Origin: a bacterium
Lineage (GTDB): Bacteria > Patescibacteriota > Dojkabacteria > GCA-016699595 > JBAXKR01
Assembly: GCA_037131125.1 (NCBI GenBank)
Contig: JBAXRR010000003.1
Span: 3,682-67,681, forward strand
Length of the DNA: 64,000 bases
Direction: 5' to 3'
Positions 12,471 to 22,172 of this stretch are shown here, piece after piece. The notes under the pieces were generated by a model. That model did not search any database and had not been told where the DNA came from. It was given only the letters and a program-made list of their open reading frames with translations. Numbering within the stretch: the stretch's first letter is position 1; each line of letters opens with the position of its first letter. The position numbers and the translations under genes were made by a program.

Positions 12471-12989
12471 TCATGAGTTTTTCGCTGATTTTGAGGCTTC
12501 TATTTTTCTATTGCCAGCGATAAGCATATACTCCTTTTCTAGCAAAATTGGAAGGTAAAAAGCAACTACTCCTGCTAGGAATGATCCTAAAGCTAGAATT
12601 AGTGCCTCTTTATAGCTAGAGTAAAATACGCCTATTTCGATTCTGACAAGGGATAGGATTGCTCCTATGAAGCTAGATGCAAGGATTGCAGTTATACCTG
12701 TAAAAAATTCAATTAATCTAACGAATTCATAATCCTCGTGTTTTTCTCTTAATGAGTGCCAATGAGCTAGCTTTTCAACCTTAACTTTTAGGAATACTAT
12801 TATTGTTCTATATATAAGTAGTGTAAGAATTGCATACCCAAGCATGTAGGATACTTTCTCTCCAAGGATGATTAAATCGTTCATTGTTCTATCAGTGTTA
12901 ACTGTCAATGAAACAACTATGAGGAGTACAAGCCATAGTATTGTGGATGTAATACTGTAGATAAAAAACACCTTTTGTTTAGTGTTCAT
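12471..12989 (-). CDS. Membrane protein, unknown function
   Basis: 172 aa with about 4 hydrophobic helices. Confidence 0.65.
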   Translation of the reverse strand: MNTKQKVFFIYSITSTILWLVLLIVVSLTVNTDRTMNDLIILGEKVSYMLGYAILTLLIYRTIIVFLKVKVEKLAHWHSLREKHEDYEFVRLIEFFTGITAILASSFIGAILSLVRIEIGVFYSSYKEALILALGSFLAGVVAFYLPILLEKEYMLIAGNRKIEASKSAKNS

Positions 12990-12992
12990 GAG

Positions 12993-13715
12993 TTAGTATT
13001 TCAAAATATTAAACAATGATATCATAAGGTTTTCAAGGGTTAAACGCAAGTTGACTTCTGATTTAAAGTATTCTTGATACTTAAAAATGTTTTCAAGTAT
13101 TAAGTATTTATTCTTATTGGAAATGTTTGTAGGGTTTTCTCTAAGTTCGATAAACATCTGGTTAAATAAACTATCTACATTTTCTCTTCTTTCTCTTGGA
13201 TCCTTAATTGCAAGTAAATCTTTTACTATCTTTAATCTTTCGTCTAATTTGCAATTTAAAATATCCTTAAACGTTTTAGAATCATTTCTTTTACCATTTA
13301 GATTCACAATGTCACATCTAGATTTAATTGTACTTAGTAAACTATTGATATTAGTAGTCTTGAGAATAATGAAGCTCCCCTTTTGAGGTTCTTCTATTGT
13401 TTTTAAAAGTCCTGCTTGTGCATCTGGAGTTAACTTCTCACTATCTGATATTACCAGCACCTTATACTTGCTCTTTAAAGGCTTTAAAAAAAACTTTGGA
13501 AGTACATTTTTAATTTCTTCTATTCCAATTGAGAGTTTATCTAAATCTTTCATTGAGAGTTCAACTATGTCCGGATTGTTAATAATCTCATCCTCATTCT
13601 TTGTCTCATAGATTACGTTTAATATTTCAAAAGTCGTCGAAGATAAAATATTCTTATCTTGAGAATATACAATGATTGATGCGGAGTCTCTTTTTGTTAA
13701 GTAGTTGAAGTACAT
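12993..13715 (-). CDS. holB: DNA polymerase III delta-prime-like clamp-loader subunit
   Basis: SIGIEEIK, YKVLVISDSEKLTPDAQAGLLKTIEEP, LLSTIKSRC. Confidence 0.8.
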   Translation of the reverse strand: MYFNYLTKRDSASIIVYSQDKNILSSTTFEILNVIYETKNEDEIINNPDIVELSMKDLDKLSIGIEEIKNVLPKFFLKPLKSKYKVLVISDSEKLTPDAQAGLLKTIEEPQKGSFIILKTTNINSLLSTIKSRCDIVNLNGKRNDSKTFKDILNCKLDERLKIVKDLLAIKDPRERRENVDSLFNQMFIELRENPTNISNKNKYLILENIFKYQEYFKSEVNLRLTLENLMISLFNILKY

Positions 13716-13764
13716 ACTTATATATTATATAGTTTTAAATACTAGAATAGTATAGAATATACTA

Positions 13765-15984
13765 ATGCCCCAACAGGATAACACTGCACAAAACAAACAG
13801 ACAAGTATACAAGGAGTTAAGCCTATTCAGACTGGTCTACCACCTATTGATCCAGCTTTAATAAAAACAGATAATGTTAGTATAAATTCACTTCCCAAAG
13901 GTCCTGCAATTAATATCCTAAAGCCAGCAGAAGTCAAAGCACCAGTTCCTGAAGTTAAGGTTACTGTACCGGAAGTTAAACCTGAAGTTTCCCCAGTTCC
14001 CGTTGTTTCTGTAGTGCCAAAGAATCCAGTAGTAACTCCTAACCCTATTCTAAGTAAACCCGTCAATCCAGTATTGGATCCACTCCCGCAAAGTAAAAAC
14101 TTAGGAAGTTCTGATCTAGGCAATCCTTTATCTGGTGTAATACTTCCCAAAAATGAGGTGCCAGAACCACTTGCCAATGGTGCGAAGAGACGATCTCTAT
14201 TAGATATTCTCTTTTCACAAGGTAAGATAACAAAAGACTTTTTCGAATCTGCAAAATTTGAAATTCTTTCTAAAAATATTAATGAAGAAGATTATATTAA
14301 TTCAAAAGCAATTATTAGCCCTGTAGATTTACTCAAGGCTAAGTCTGAAGCATATGGAGTTCCATTTGTAGATTTGAATAGAGAGGAATTAAAGAAAGAG
14401 GTTCTTTACAAAATTCCTTATGAGACTGCAAAGAATAACTCTGTTATTGCCTTTGATGAAACTCCTAAAGGTGTAAAGATTGCTTTAGTAGATCCACTTG
14501 ATATTCAGAAGGTTAAGTTTATTCAAACATTTCTTTCCCAAAACGTTATTCCATATTTTGCTGAAGAAGATGCAATAAAGAAAATAATTGATACTAAATA
14601 TAATGCGCAATTTGATACTGAAGTTAGTCAGGCTGTTGAGTCTGTTAAAGGTTCAGGGCTTGTTCTTGAAGAGGAGTTAAGCTCTCTTAATGAGCTTAAT
14701 ATGAATATTCAAAATGCCCCAGTGTCTAGAATTGTTAACATGATTCTTGAGTATGGGATTAAATTTAAAGCTTCAGATATTCATATTGAACCTAAGGAAG
14801 GAAGAGTCTCTGTAAGATATAGAATCCATGGTATTTTATCTGAGAAGGTTACTCTCCCCCACCAGCTTGCAGCTTCGGTTGTATCTAGAATTAAAATTCT
14901 TTCTGAACTTAAAATAGATGAGCATAGAATACCTCAAGATGGTAGATTTGAAATTCAAGTTGGAAAAACTAAGGTTGACCTTCGTATCTCAATAATGCCA
15001 GTCATTCATGGTGAAAAAATAGTTATTAGAATCTTGGATAAAACTTCAGGTATTTTGCCACTTGAGAAAACGGGTATGCATGGTTCAGCATTTAAAACAT
15101 ATAGTGATTCACTTCACTCCACTCAAGGAATTATTTTAATTACTGGTCCTACAGGTTCTGGTAAAACTGTTACATTAGCATCTTCTCTCTCTATTCTTAA
15201 CAAACAAGAAGTAAATATAGTTACTCTTGAGGATCCTGTTGAAATCAGAATTGATGGAGTTAATCAAGTGCAAGTTAATCCAGATGTGGGGTTAACATTT
15301 GCAACAGGTTTGAGATCTTTTCTTAGACAAGATCCAGATGTAATCATGGTCGGTGAGATTCGTGATCAGGAAACTGCTCAGCTAGCAGTTCAGGCAGCTC
15401 TTGTTGGTAGACTTGTGTTAGCTACCTTGCATACAAATAGTGCATCTGCTGCAATACCTAGACTTCTAGATATGGGAGTGGAATCTTTTCTTTTAGCGTC
15501 TGTTATTAATGTGATCATTGCTCAACGTTTACCTAGAAAACTTTGTTTAAATTGTAGGCAAAAAGTTAAAGCAAGTGATGAAATTGTTACCAAATTTCAT
15601 GAAGTATTAGATGGACTTCAAGGTTTTGACATGTTCTCTTTCCCAAAGAGAGATTTCCCTCAAGTAGCACCAGGAGTTGTCCCAAGTACTGAAGCAATTA
15701 AAGCTGCTGAAACTACACCTAAAGGTAAACCAGAAGAAATTTTTATATATAAAGCAGTTGGTTGTGAAAAGTGTAATGGCACTGGATATTCTGGACGTAT
15801 TGGAATATTTGAAGTTCTTAAAATGAATGAAAAAATTGCAAAGATGTTAGTTGAGCATAGGTCATCTCAATCCATTCAAGAACAAGCATGTCAGGATGGA
15901 ATGATCACTATGCTTCAAGATGGATTTATGAAGGTTTTAAGTGGAGATACTACTTTTGAAGAAGTTATTAGAGTTCAAAACTAG
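13765..15984 (+). CDS. pilB: Type IV pilus assembly ATPase PilB (GspE/PulE family)
   Basis: ASDIHIEP, PQDGR, GPTGSGKT, TLEDPVE, LRQDPDVIMVGEIRD, TLHTN, CxxC...CxxC, GYSGR. Confidence 0.95.
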   Translation: MPQQDNTAQNKQTSIQGVKPIQTGLPPIDPALIKTDNVSINSLPKGPAINILKPAEVKAPVPEVKVTVPEVKPEVSPVPVVSVVPKNPVVTPNPILSKPVNPVLDPLPQSKNLGSSDLGNPLSGVILPKNEVPEPLANGAKRRSLLDILFSQGKITKDFFESAKFEILSKNINEEDYINSKAIISPVDLLKAKSEAYGVPFVDLNREELKKEVLYKIPYETAKNNSVIAFDETPKGVKIALVDPLDIQKVKFIQTFLSQNVIPYFAEEDAIKKIIDTKYNAQFDTEVSQAVESVKGSGLVLEEELSSLNELNMNIQNAPVSRIVNMILEYGIKFKASDIHIEPKEGRVSVRYRIHGILSEKVTLPHQLAASVVSRIKILSELKIDEHRIPQDGRFEIQVGKTKVDLRISIMPVIHGEKIVIRILDKTSGILPLEKTGMHGSAFKTYSDSLHSTQGIILITGPTGSGKTVTLASSLSILNKQEVNIVTLEDPVEIRIDGVNQVQVNPDVGLTFATGLRSFLRQDPDVIMVGEIRDQETAQLAVQAALVGRLVLATLHTNSASAAIPRLLDMGVESFLLASVINVIIAQRLPRKLCLNCRQKVKASDEIVTKFHEVLDGLQGFDMFSFPKRDFPQVAPGVVPSTEAIKAAETTPKGKPEEIFIYKAVGCEKCNGTGYSGRIGIFEVLKMNEKIAKMLVEHRSSQSIQEQACQDGMITMLQDGFMKVLSGDTTFEEVIRVQN

Positions 15985-16055
15985 TAATCATATAACATAT
16001 TTGATATTTTTATTTTAGGAAAATAAAGAAATAATTAATTATTAACTTTTGAAAA

Positions 16056-17702
16056 TTGGCACTGCCCAGCTTATCAGCATTGTATTCTGATGATCAAAGT
16101 ACAACTAAAGAGGAACCCAAAGTAACAACTGAAAAAGTTGATTCTAAACCTGAGGTAAAACCCGAGGTTAAAGCTGAACCAGCTAAGGTAGAAGCCGTTA
16201 CTTCATCAACCAATTTAGATGAACCTGTTAAAGATGAAATTGTAAAATCATCACCAATATCTTCAGAAAATATAACTGAGCCAGCTGTAGTGTTGCCAAA
16301 ATTAATTGAAAATAATCTGACTCCTGAAGATATTAAAAAGAAAATAGATAAAGAAAGTAATAGTAGTGATCCACTTCCTACACCTGAAAGAGCTAATCCT
16401 GAATCTGTTACTCCAGTTAAAATTCCTGTTACACCTCTCTCACCTACTGAAGTTGTAAAGGAAACCGTACCTGTAGAAAATAAAGTTACTTCTGAGGTGC
16501 CTGAGTTACCTGCTAGTCCACTTCAAGGTGTTGAATTTAGAAAACCAAGTGCAGATGCACCAGAAGATAAACCTAAAGAAGTTGTAGATACATCAATACA
16601 ATTTGGTGTAAGCGATGATAAATCTCCAGAGTCTAAAGATGAACCATATAAAATATTCGAATTACTAGATAAGGTTATTGCACTTAATGCTTCAGACTTA
16701 CATCTGACAGTTGGATATCCTCCATATATTAGAGTAGATGGAAAATTAAACATGTTAGGTAGTGTTCCAATAAACCCAAAGCAAATGGAATCTCTTCTTG
16801 CTCCTGTTCTTGGAACAAAGAATCAGGAACAATTGGAAATTAATAAAGAAGTAGACTTCTCATATGGTTATGGAGAGTTTGCTAGATTTAGAGTTAATGC
16901 TTTTAATCAGAGAAATACAATTGCTGCAGCATTTAGATTAATTCCTACAAAAATTCCAACGCTTGAGGAATTACATATTCCTAAAACAATGGAAGATTTT
17001 ACAAAACTTCCACAAGGATTTGTCTTAATAGTTGGACCTACTGGATCAGGGAAGAGTACGACACTTGCATCTATGCTTAATATTATTAATATGAGAGATG
17101 CAAGGCATATACTTACTGTAGAGGATCCTATTGAATATGTTTATCCAATTGCAAAAAGTATTGTTGAACAAAGAGAGGTTTCTCAAGATACTCACTCTTG
17201 GGATATTGCGCTTCGTTCTGCACTTCGTGAAGATCCTAATGTGGTGTTAGTTGGAGAAATGAGAGATTTTGAAACAATTGCTGCAGCTCTTACAGTTGCC
17301 GAAACTGGACATCTTGTGTTTGCAACACTTCATACTAATAGTGCTTCACAAGCTGTAGACAGAATTATTCATGTATTTCCTGCAGATCAACAAGCACAAA
17401 TTAGGATTATGTTGGCAAATGTGGTTACTGCTATTGTGTCTCAAAGACTTATTCCAACAATTGGAGGAGGAAGACGCGCAGCATTTGAAATCCTTATTGG
17501 TACATCTGCTGTTTCGAATATGATTCGTGAAGCTAAAGAACATTTAATAGATAACGTTATTCAAACTAGTGCAGATGTTGGAATGGTAACAATGGAAAAA
17601 TCACTTGTGGATTTAATTAGAGAGGGAAAGATAACTGTAGAGGATGCTCAGAATTTCACGACTAAACCTGAAGAATTAATGAGGTTAATTAATAAAGAGT
17701 AA
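16056..17702 (+). CDS. pilT: Type IV pilus retraction ATPase PilT with a long N-terminal extension
   Basis: ASDLHL, GPTGSGKSTT, EDPIEY, ALREDPNVVLVGEMRD, AETGHLVFATLHT, NMIRE (AIRNLIRE-like). Confidence 0.93.
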   Translation: MALPSLSALYSDDQSTTKEEPKVTTEKVDSKPEVKPEVKAEPAKVEAVTSSTNLDEPVKDEIVKSSPISSENITEPAVVLPKLIENNLTPEDIKKKIDKESNSSDPLPTPERANPESVTPVKIPVTPLSPTEVVKETVPVENKVTSEVPELPASPLQGVEFRKPSADAPEDKPKEVVDTSIQFGVSDDKSPESKDEPYKIFELLDKVIALNASDLHLTVGYPPYIRVDGKLNMLGSVPINPKQMESLLAPVLGTKNQEQLEINKEVDFSYGYGEFARFRVNAFNQRNTIAAAFRLIPTKIPTLEELHIPKTMEDFTKLPQGFVLIVGPTGSGKSTTLASMLNIINMRDARHILTVEDPIEYVYPIAKSIVEQREVSQDTHSWDIALRSALREDPNVVLVGEMRDFETIAAALTVAETGHLVFATLHTNSASQAVDRIIHVFPADQQAQIRIMLANVVTAIVSQRLIPTIGGGRRAAFEILIGTSAVSNMIREAKEHLIDNVIQTSADVGMVTMEKSLVDLIREGKITVEDAQNFTTKPEELMRLINKE

Positions 17703-17706
17703 ATAC

Positions 17707-18930
17707 ATGAAAGTATATAACTACGAAGCGTATACAAAAACTGGAGAAAAAGTTTCAGGTGAACTTGAAGCAGGATCTAAACAAGATGTTGTAACAATAC
17801 TTCAAAACCAAAGCCTTATTATTGTCCATGTTGCAGAGGGACAAAAATTTTCTTTAAGTAAGCTTACTAGTTTTAGCTTCGGAGGTATTGGGCTTAGTGA
17901 TAGAGTCATTTTTATGAAGCAGTTCTCTACTATGGTTAGCGCTGGTCTTCCAATTACAGAAGCACTTGAAACTTTATCTTCACAAATTAAATCTTCAACT
18001 TTAAAGTCTATTTTATCAAGGATATTAAAAGAAGTTAAAAGTGGTAGTTCACTTACTAATGCATTTAAGAAAAATGCTGGAATATTTGATCCTATTCAAA
18101 TTAACTTGATTGAAGCTGGAGAAAAATCTGGAAAACTTATTGAGATCATCGCAAAGATATCAAAAGATCTTGATCAAAGAAAAAACTTTGTTGGTAAAGT
18201 TAAAGGTGCCATGATTTATCCAATAATTATTTTCATCTTAATTATTGTGATCATGGTTGTTCTTATGGTCACAATGGTCCCTGCTGTTGAAACACTTTTC
18301 AAAGGATTTAAAGCTGAAGTTCCTTGGATTACTAAAGCAATGATCGCTGTTTCTAATTTCTTAAATCCAACAAGATCGATTGGAAGTATCCTGATAATAA
18401 TATTTGTAGTAGCTTTTATAATTGGATTTAGATATTACCGTGCAACTCCATCTGGTAGAAAAATAACTGATAAAATTATTTTAAGAGTTCCAGTATTTGG
18501 GAAAATTACTTCACTTCTTAATACTGAAGAGTTTTGTAGAATCTTATCCATGCTTATGCAAAGTGGTGTCCCAATAATTGAAAGTTTAAGAATTGTTGCT
18601 GGAGCTATGAATAATGTCATATTTAGAGAATCTGTTATGAACATGATTCCACAAATTGAAAAAGGTTTTCCACTAGCAGCTCCAATGTTAAGAGATGGTG
18701 TATTTCCTCAAATATTAACTAGAATGGTTGGAACAGGAGAACAAACTGGTAAGTTAGATAAAGTTCTAACAGATATGGGAAAGTATTATGAGGATGAACT
18801 TGATGCTATTACAAGTAATCTTACGAAACTTATGGAACCTGTTATTCTTTTAGTAGTTGGTTTCTTTGTAGGACTTATGGCGATTGCAATTTATCTCCCT
18901 ATTTACCAATTGGCAACTGTAGTTAAATAA
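17707..18930 (+). CDS. pilC: Type IV pilus platform protein PilC (GspF family)
   Basis: AGEKSGKL, AMIYP, GEQTGKLD, LMEP, AIYLPIY. Confidence 0.95.
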   Translation: MKVYNYEAYTKTGEKVSGELEAGSKQDVVTILQNQSLIIVHVAEGQKFSLSKLTSFSFGGIGLSDRVIFMKQFSTMVSAGLPITEALETLSSQIKSSTLKSILSRILKEVKSGSSLTNAFKKNAGIFDPIQINLIEAGEKSGKLIEIIAKISKDLDQRKNFVGKVKGAMIYPIIIFILIIVIMVVLMVTMVPAVETLFKGFKAEVPWITKAMIAVSNFLNPTRSIGSILIIIFVVAFIIGFRYYRATPSGRKITDKIILRVPVFGKITSLLNTEEFCRILSMLMQSGVPIIESLRIVAGAMNNVIFRESVMNMIPQIEKGFPLAAPMLRDGVFPQILTRMVGTGEQTGKLDKVLTDMGKYYEDELDAITSNLTKLMEPVILLVVGFFVGLMAIAIYLPIYQLATVVK

Positions 18931-18994
18931 ATATTTGACAAATATTTTGTTAAATTGTATTTATTTAAGTAATTAAATTCCGAAGTAAATATAC

Positions 18995-19022
18995 TTTACA
19001 TCATCATTAAAAAGAGTATATT
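18995..19022 (+). promoter_or_regulatory. Putative promoter of pilin 1
   Basis: TTTACA-N16-TATATT; homologous to the element at 19631-19658. Confidence 0.5.
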
Positions 19023-19065
19023 TGAAGAAAGTATTTTTTTAGTTTATTTTTTATAAGGTTCAGCT

Positions 19066-19548
19066 ATGAACAACAAAAAAGCATTCACAATCGTTGAACT
19101 TCTGGTTGTGATGGCAGTTATCGGAGTATTGCTATCTCTTGCAGTATTCGGTATACAAGCATTACAAAAGAATCAAAGAGAGACTCAAAGATTAAATGAC
19201 CTGAGAAATGTCCAAGGTACATTAGAATCTTTTTATTCTAAGAACAAAAGATATCCTTTAGATACTGAACTTACAATCCCAGCAGGAACATCAAATTTTG
19301 TAGTTACAACTGGAGTTGGAAATGGAGCTCCAACATTTGCAACAATTCCTATACAGTCTTTGACTCCAACAATTGATGGTAGTAAAGCATATTCTGGTAC
19401 ACTAGCAAATGCACCATGTACAACTCCTGCAACAGCAGATACATGGGTATTAAATTATAGAATTGCAACAACTAGTCCACAAGAGTATGCATTATTTGGA
19501 TGTACTGAAAATGGTACAACAACTAACTTAGGAAGCAAGAACGACTAA
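19066..19548 (+). CDS. Type IV pilin, paralogue 1
   Basis: Class III signal KKA|FTIVELLVVMAVIGVL with E5; two C-terminal Cys. Confidence 0.92.
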   Translation: MNNKKAFTIVELLVVMAVIGVLLSLAVFGIQALQKNQRETQRLNDLRNVQGTLESFYSKNKRYPLDTELTIPAGTSNFVVTTGVGNGAPTFATIPIQSLTPTIDGSKAYSGTLANAPCTTPATADTWVLNYRIATTSPQEYALFGCTENGTTTNLGSKND

Positions 19549-19577
19549 GTTAAATCTTAATAAGATTATTAATACCC
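19543..19577 (+). repeat. 35-bp direct repeat, copy 1 (3' end of pilin 1)
   Basis: GACTAAGTTAAATCTTAATAAGATTATTAATACCC, identical at 20167-20201. Confidence 0.9.
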
Positions 19578-19602
19578 CTAGAGAAATTTAGGGGTATTTT
19601 TT
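19571..19602 (+). terminator. Intrinsic terminator after pilin 1
   Basis: AATACCCCTAGA-GAAA-TTTAGGGGTATT plus T-tract. Confidence 0.85.
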
Positions 19603-19630
19603 ATCTATATTATTATATTTCGATAATCTT

Positions 19631-19658
19631 TTTACATCCTACCGAAAAAGAGTACACT
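19631..19658 (+). promoter_or_regulatory. Putative promoter of pilin 2
   Basis: TTTACA-N16-TACACT; the spacer ends in AAAAAGAG as in the pilin 1 promoter. Confidence 0.5.
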
Positions 19659-19698
19659 AGTGATCAGTCTCATAAATTTTATTTATTATCTAGAATGT

Positions 19699-20172
19699 AT
19701 GGCAAGCAAAAAAGCCTTCACAATCGTAGAACTTCTCGTTGTGATGGCAGTGATTGGAGTACTGCTCTCCTTAGCAGTTTTCGGTATTCAGGCTTTACAA
19801 AAGAGTCAAAGAGAGACTCAGAGATTAAATGACTTGAGAAATATTCAAGGAACATTAGAATCTTTTTATTCTAAGAATAAAAGATATCCTCTAAATACTG
19901 AACTTCCAACTCCAGATACTACTAATTTTGTTATAACTGCAACTGGAGCAGCTACACCATTTGCAACAATTCCAATACAGTCACTAACTCCATCAATCTC
20001 AACAGACTATACTGCAACAAGTGCATATAAGACACCTCCTACTTGTCCAGCAACATCAGCAGATACATGGACAATATTCTACAGAGTATCAACAGATAGT
20101 CCTCAAGAATATGCATTATTTGCATGTACTGAGAATGGTTTATCAACTAACTTAGGAAGTAAAGTAGACTAA
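19699..20172 (+). CDS. Type IV pilin, paralogue 2 (start revised to ATG 19699)
   Basis: MASKKA|FTIVELLVV; same constant blocks as paralogue 1. Confidence 0.92.
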   Translation: MASKKAFTIVELLVVMAVIGVLLSLAVFGIQALQKSQRETQRLNDLRNIQGTLESFYSKNKRYPLNTELPTPDTTNFVITATGAATPFATIPIQSLTPSISTDYTATSAYKTPPTCPATSADTWTIFYRVSTDSPQEYALFACTENGLSTNLGSKVD

Positions 20173-20201
20173 GTTAAATCTTAATAAGATTATTAATACC
20201 C
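20167..20201 (+). repeat. 35-bp direct repeat, copy 2 (3' end of pilin 2)
   Basis: Identical to 19543-19577. Confidence 0.9.
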
Positions 20202-20226
20202 TGGAAGAAATTCTGGGGTATTTTTT
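20195..20226 (+). terminator. Intrinsic terminator after pilin 2
   Basis: AATACCCTGGAA-GAAA-TTCTGGGGTATT plus T-tract. Confidence 0.8.
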
Positions 20227-20283
20227 GTTTCTTTCAAATATAGTATATTTATAATATATATATTATTTTTTACTTTCACAGGA

Positions 20284-20763
20284 ATGAAAAGTTTCAAAGC
20301 TTTCACAATTGTAGAACTTCTCGTTGTGATGGCAGTTATTGGAGTTCTATTATCTCTCGCAGTCTTTGGAATACAAGCACTTCAAAAGAATCAAAGAGAA
20401 ACTCAAAGACTAAGTGATTTGAGAAATATTCAAGGATCTTTAGAATCATATTATTCTAAATATAGGAGATATCCTAATGGAGAACAGATATATATTGAAA
20501 ATAATAATTATTCATTATTAGAAACAGATACAAATGGCGCAAGATTTGTATCTATTCCTATTCAATCATTAACTCCAACGATAATGACTCGAGAATATAT
20601 GTATGTTACATGCGATGCAAACGAAGGAGAGAATGCAAGTGCTGATTCATGGTGGGTTGGGTACGGAACATCAGTGCAAAACAATCCACAACAGTACGAA
20701 CTATATGCGTGTACAGAAAATGGAAAGTCTGTTAATTTGGGAACCGCTGGTAATCCACAATAA
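20284..20763 (+). CDS. Type IV pilin, paralogue 3
   Basis: MKSFKA|FTIVELLVV, IPIQSLTP, ADSW, CTENG. Confidence 0.92.
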   Translation: MKSFKAFTIVELLVVMAVIGVLLSLAVFGIQALQKNQRETQRLSDLRNIQGSLESYYSKYRRYPNGEQIYIENNNYSLLETDTNGARFVSIPIQSLTPTIMTREYMYVTCDANEGENASADSWWVGYGTSVQNNPQQYELYACTENGKSVNLGTAGNPQ

Positions 20764-20798
20764 ATTAATGACAGTATTCTAATTTTACTATTAATAAA

Positions 20799-21398
20799 AT
20801 GAGATTAAATAACAAAGCATTTACTATTGTTGAACTTCTTGTTGTTATGGCAGTTATTGGAGTTCTATTATCTCTCGCAGTCTTTGGAATACAAGCACTT
20901 CAGAAAAATCAGAGGGAGACACAAAGATTAAATGATCTTAGAAATATTCAAGGATCTTTAGAATCCTATTACTCAAAGTATAGGAGATATCCAACTGAAA
21001 ATGAATTGAAAGATACATATGTTGCAACTGCTCCAAAATTACTAAATGGTAGTTTGTTAAATGAAATAAATGCTCAAAGACAAGTAGGTGGATTTGTACC
21101 TAGAGATCCTAACGTTTTTGTTCTATATTATGGAAATGTGGTTTATGCTACCATTCCAATCCAATCACTTACCCCTACTGTTATGAATGTTGGCTATATG
21201 TATGCAACCTGTTCAGATAATGGAATTAATTCAGATCAGCATGTAGCAACCGCAGATACATGGTGGGTTGGATATAGTACAGCTTTAGTTGATAACCCTC
21301 AAGAATATGGTCTATACGGTTGCACAGAAAACGGATTATCCACTAATTTAGGTAGCAAGAATGATGGTGAAGGAAATGGAAGAGTGTTTATAAATTAG
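20799..21398 (+). CDS. Type IV pilin, paralogue 4
   Basis: NKA|FTIVELLVV, IPIQSLTP, ATADTW, CTENG; enlarged first variable region. Confidence 0.92.
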   Translation: MRLNNKAFTIVELLVVMAVIGVLLSLAVFGIQALQKNQRETQRLNDLRNIQGSLESYYSKYRRYPTENELKDTYVATAPKLLNGSLLNEINAQRQVGGFVPRDPNVFVLYYGNVVYATIPIQSLTPTVMNVGYMYATCSDNGINSDQHVATADTWWVGYSTALVDNPQEYGLYGCTENGLSTNLGSKNDGEGNGRVFIN

Positions 21399-21479
21399 TC
21401 TGTTTTACTTATGATGACAAGTAAGATATATTTGAACAGAAATATAGTGAAAGTAATATAATATTTTATAGTTATCTTT

Positions 21480-22139
21480 ATGAAAAAAGCATTTACAATT
21501 GTAGAGCTGTTAGTGGTTATGGCAGTAATCGGTGTTTTGATTTCCTTATCCATTGTTGGAGTTCAAGCTGTTCAAAAAGCACAAAGAGAAACATCTCGGT
21601 TAACTGATTTAAGCAATATTCAAGGAGCTCTAGAATCATATTTCCAAAAATATGAAAGATATCCACTACAGCAAGAACTCGGTACAACATACGTTGCAGC
21701 ATATTCACCTACTTCTCCTTCAAATTTATTAAGTAAAAATTTATTGGGTGAGGTAAATGCAGTATTTGATATTCCTGGCAATGGTGGTCCACAACCACAA
21801 ATACCACCAGGCGGTCAAGATCCACAAAATCCAGGTCAACAGCAAAACCCAGGTGTAGGTCAACATCAATATAATCCTCCAAATGCTTTTGCTATATATA
21901 ATGGAGAAACTCAAATTTCCACTCTTCCAATGCAATCTCTTGGGTCAACAATTATGAATTCTGCATACTCAACTGAAACATGTGAATTTTCACCCGTATC
22001 AGCACATTTTGGAAAAGCAGATACATGGTGGATTGGATATACTGCTACTGGACCAACACCACAAAAATATGGGCTATATGCTTGCACAGAAAGTGGTAAG
22101 ACTAAAAATTTTGGAGTTAAAAATGATGCAGGAAATTGA
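21480..22139 (+). CDS. Type IV pilin, paralogue 5 (Gln/Pro/Gly-rich insertion)
   Basis: MKKA|FTIVELLVV, LPMQSL, ADTW, CTESG. Confidence 0.9.
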   Translation: MKKAFTIVELLVVMAVIGVLISLSIVGVQAVQKAQRETSRLTDLSNIQGALESYFQKYERYPLQQELGTTYVAAYSPTSPSNLLSKNLLGEVNAVFDIPGNGGPQPQIPPGGQDPQNPGQQQNPGVGQHQYNPPNAFAIYNGETQISTLPMQSLGSTIMNSAYSTETCEFSPVSAHFGKADTWWIGYTATGPTPQKYGLYACTESGKTKNFGVKNDAGN

Positions 22140-22172
22140 ATAATTTAAGCCAATATTTTGCTTTGTATATTT

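Noticed and set aside
19543-20226. Integron attC sites or shufflon sites between pilins (GTTAAAT fits GTTRRRY)
   Set aside because: No attC-type fold, only two copies, and no evidence that the recombinase 14 kb away is an IntI or Rci enzyme.
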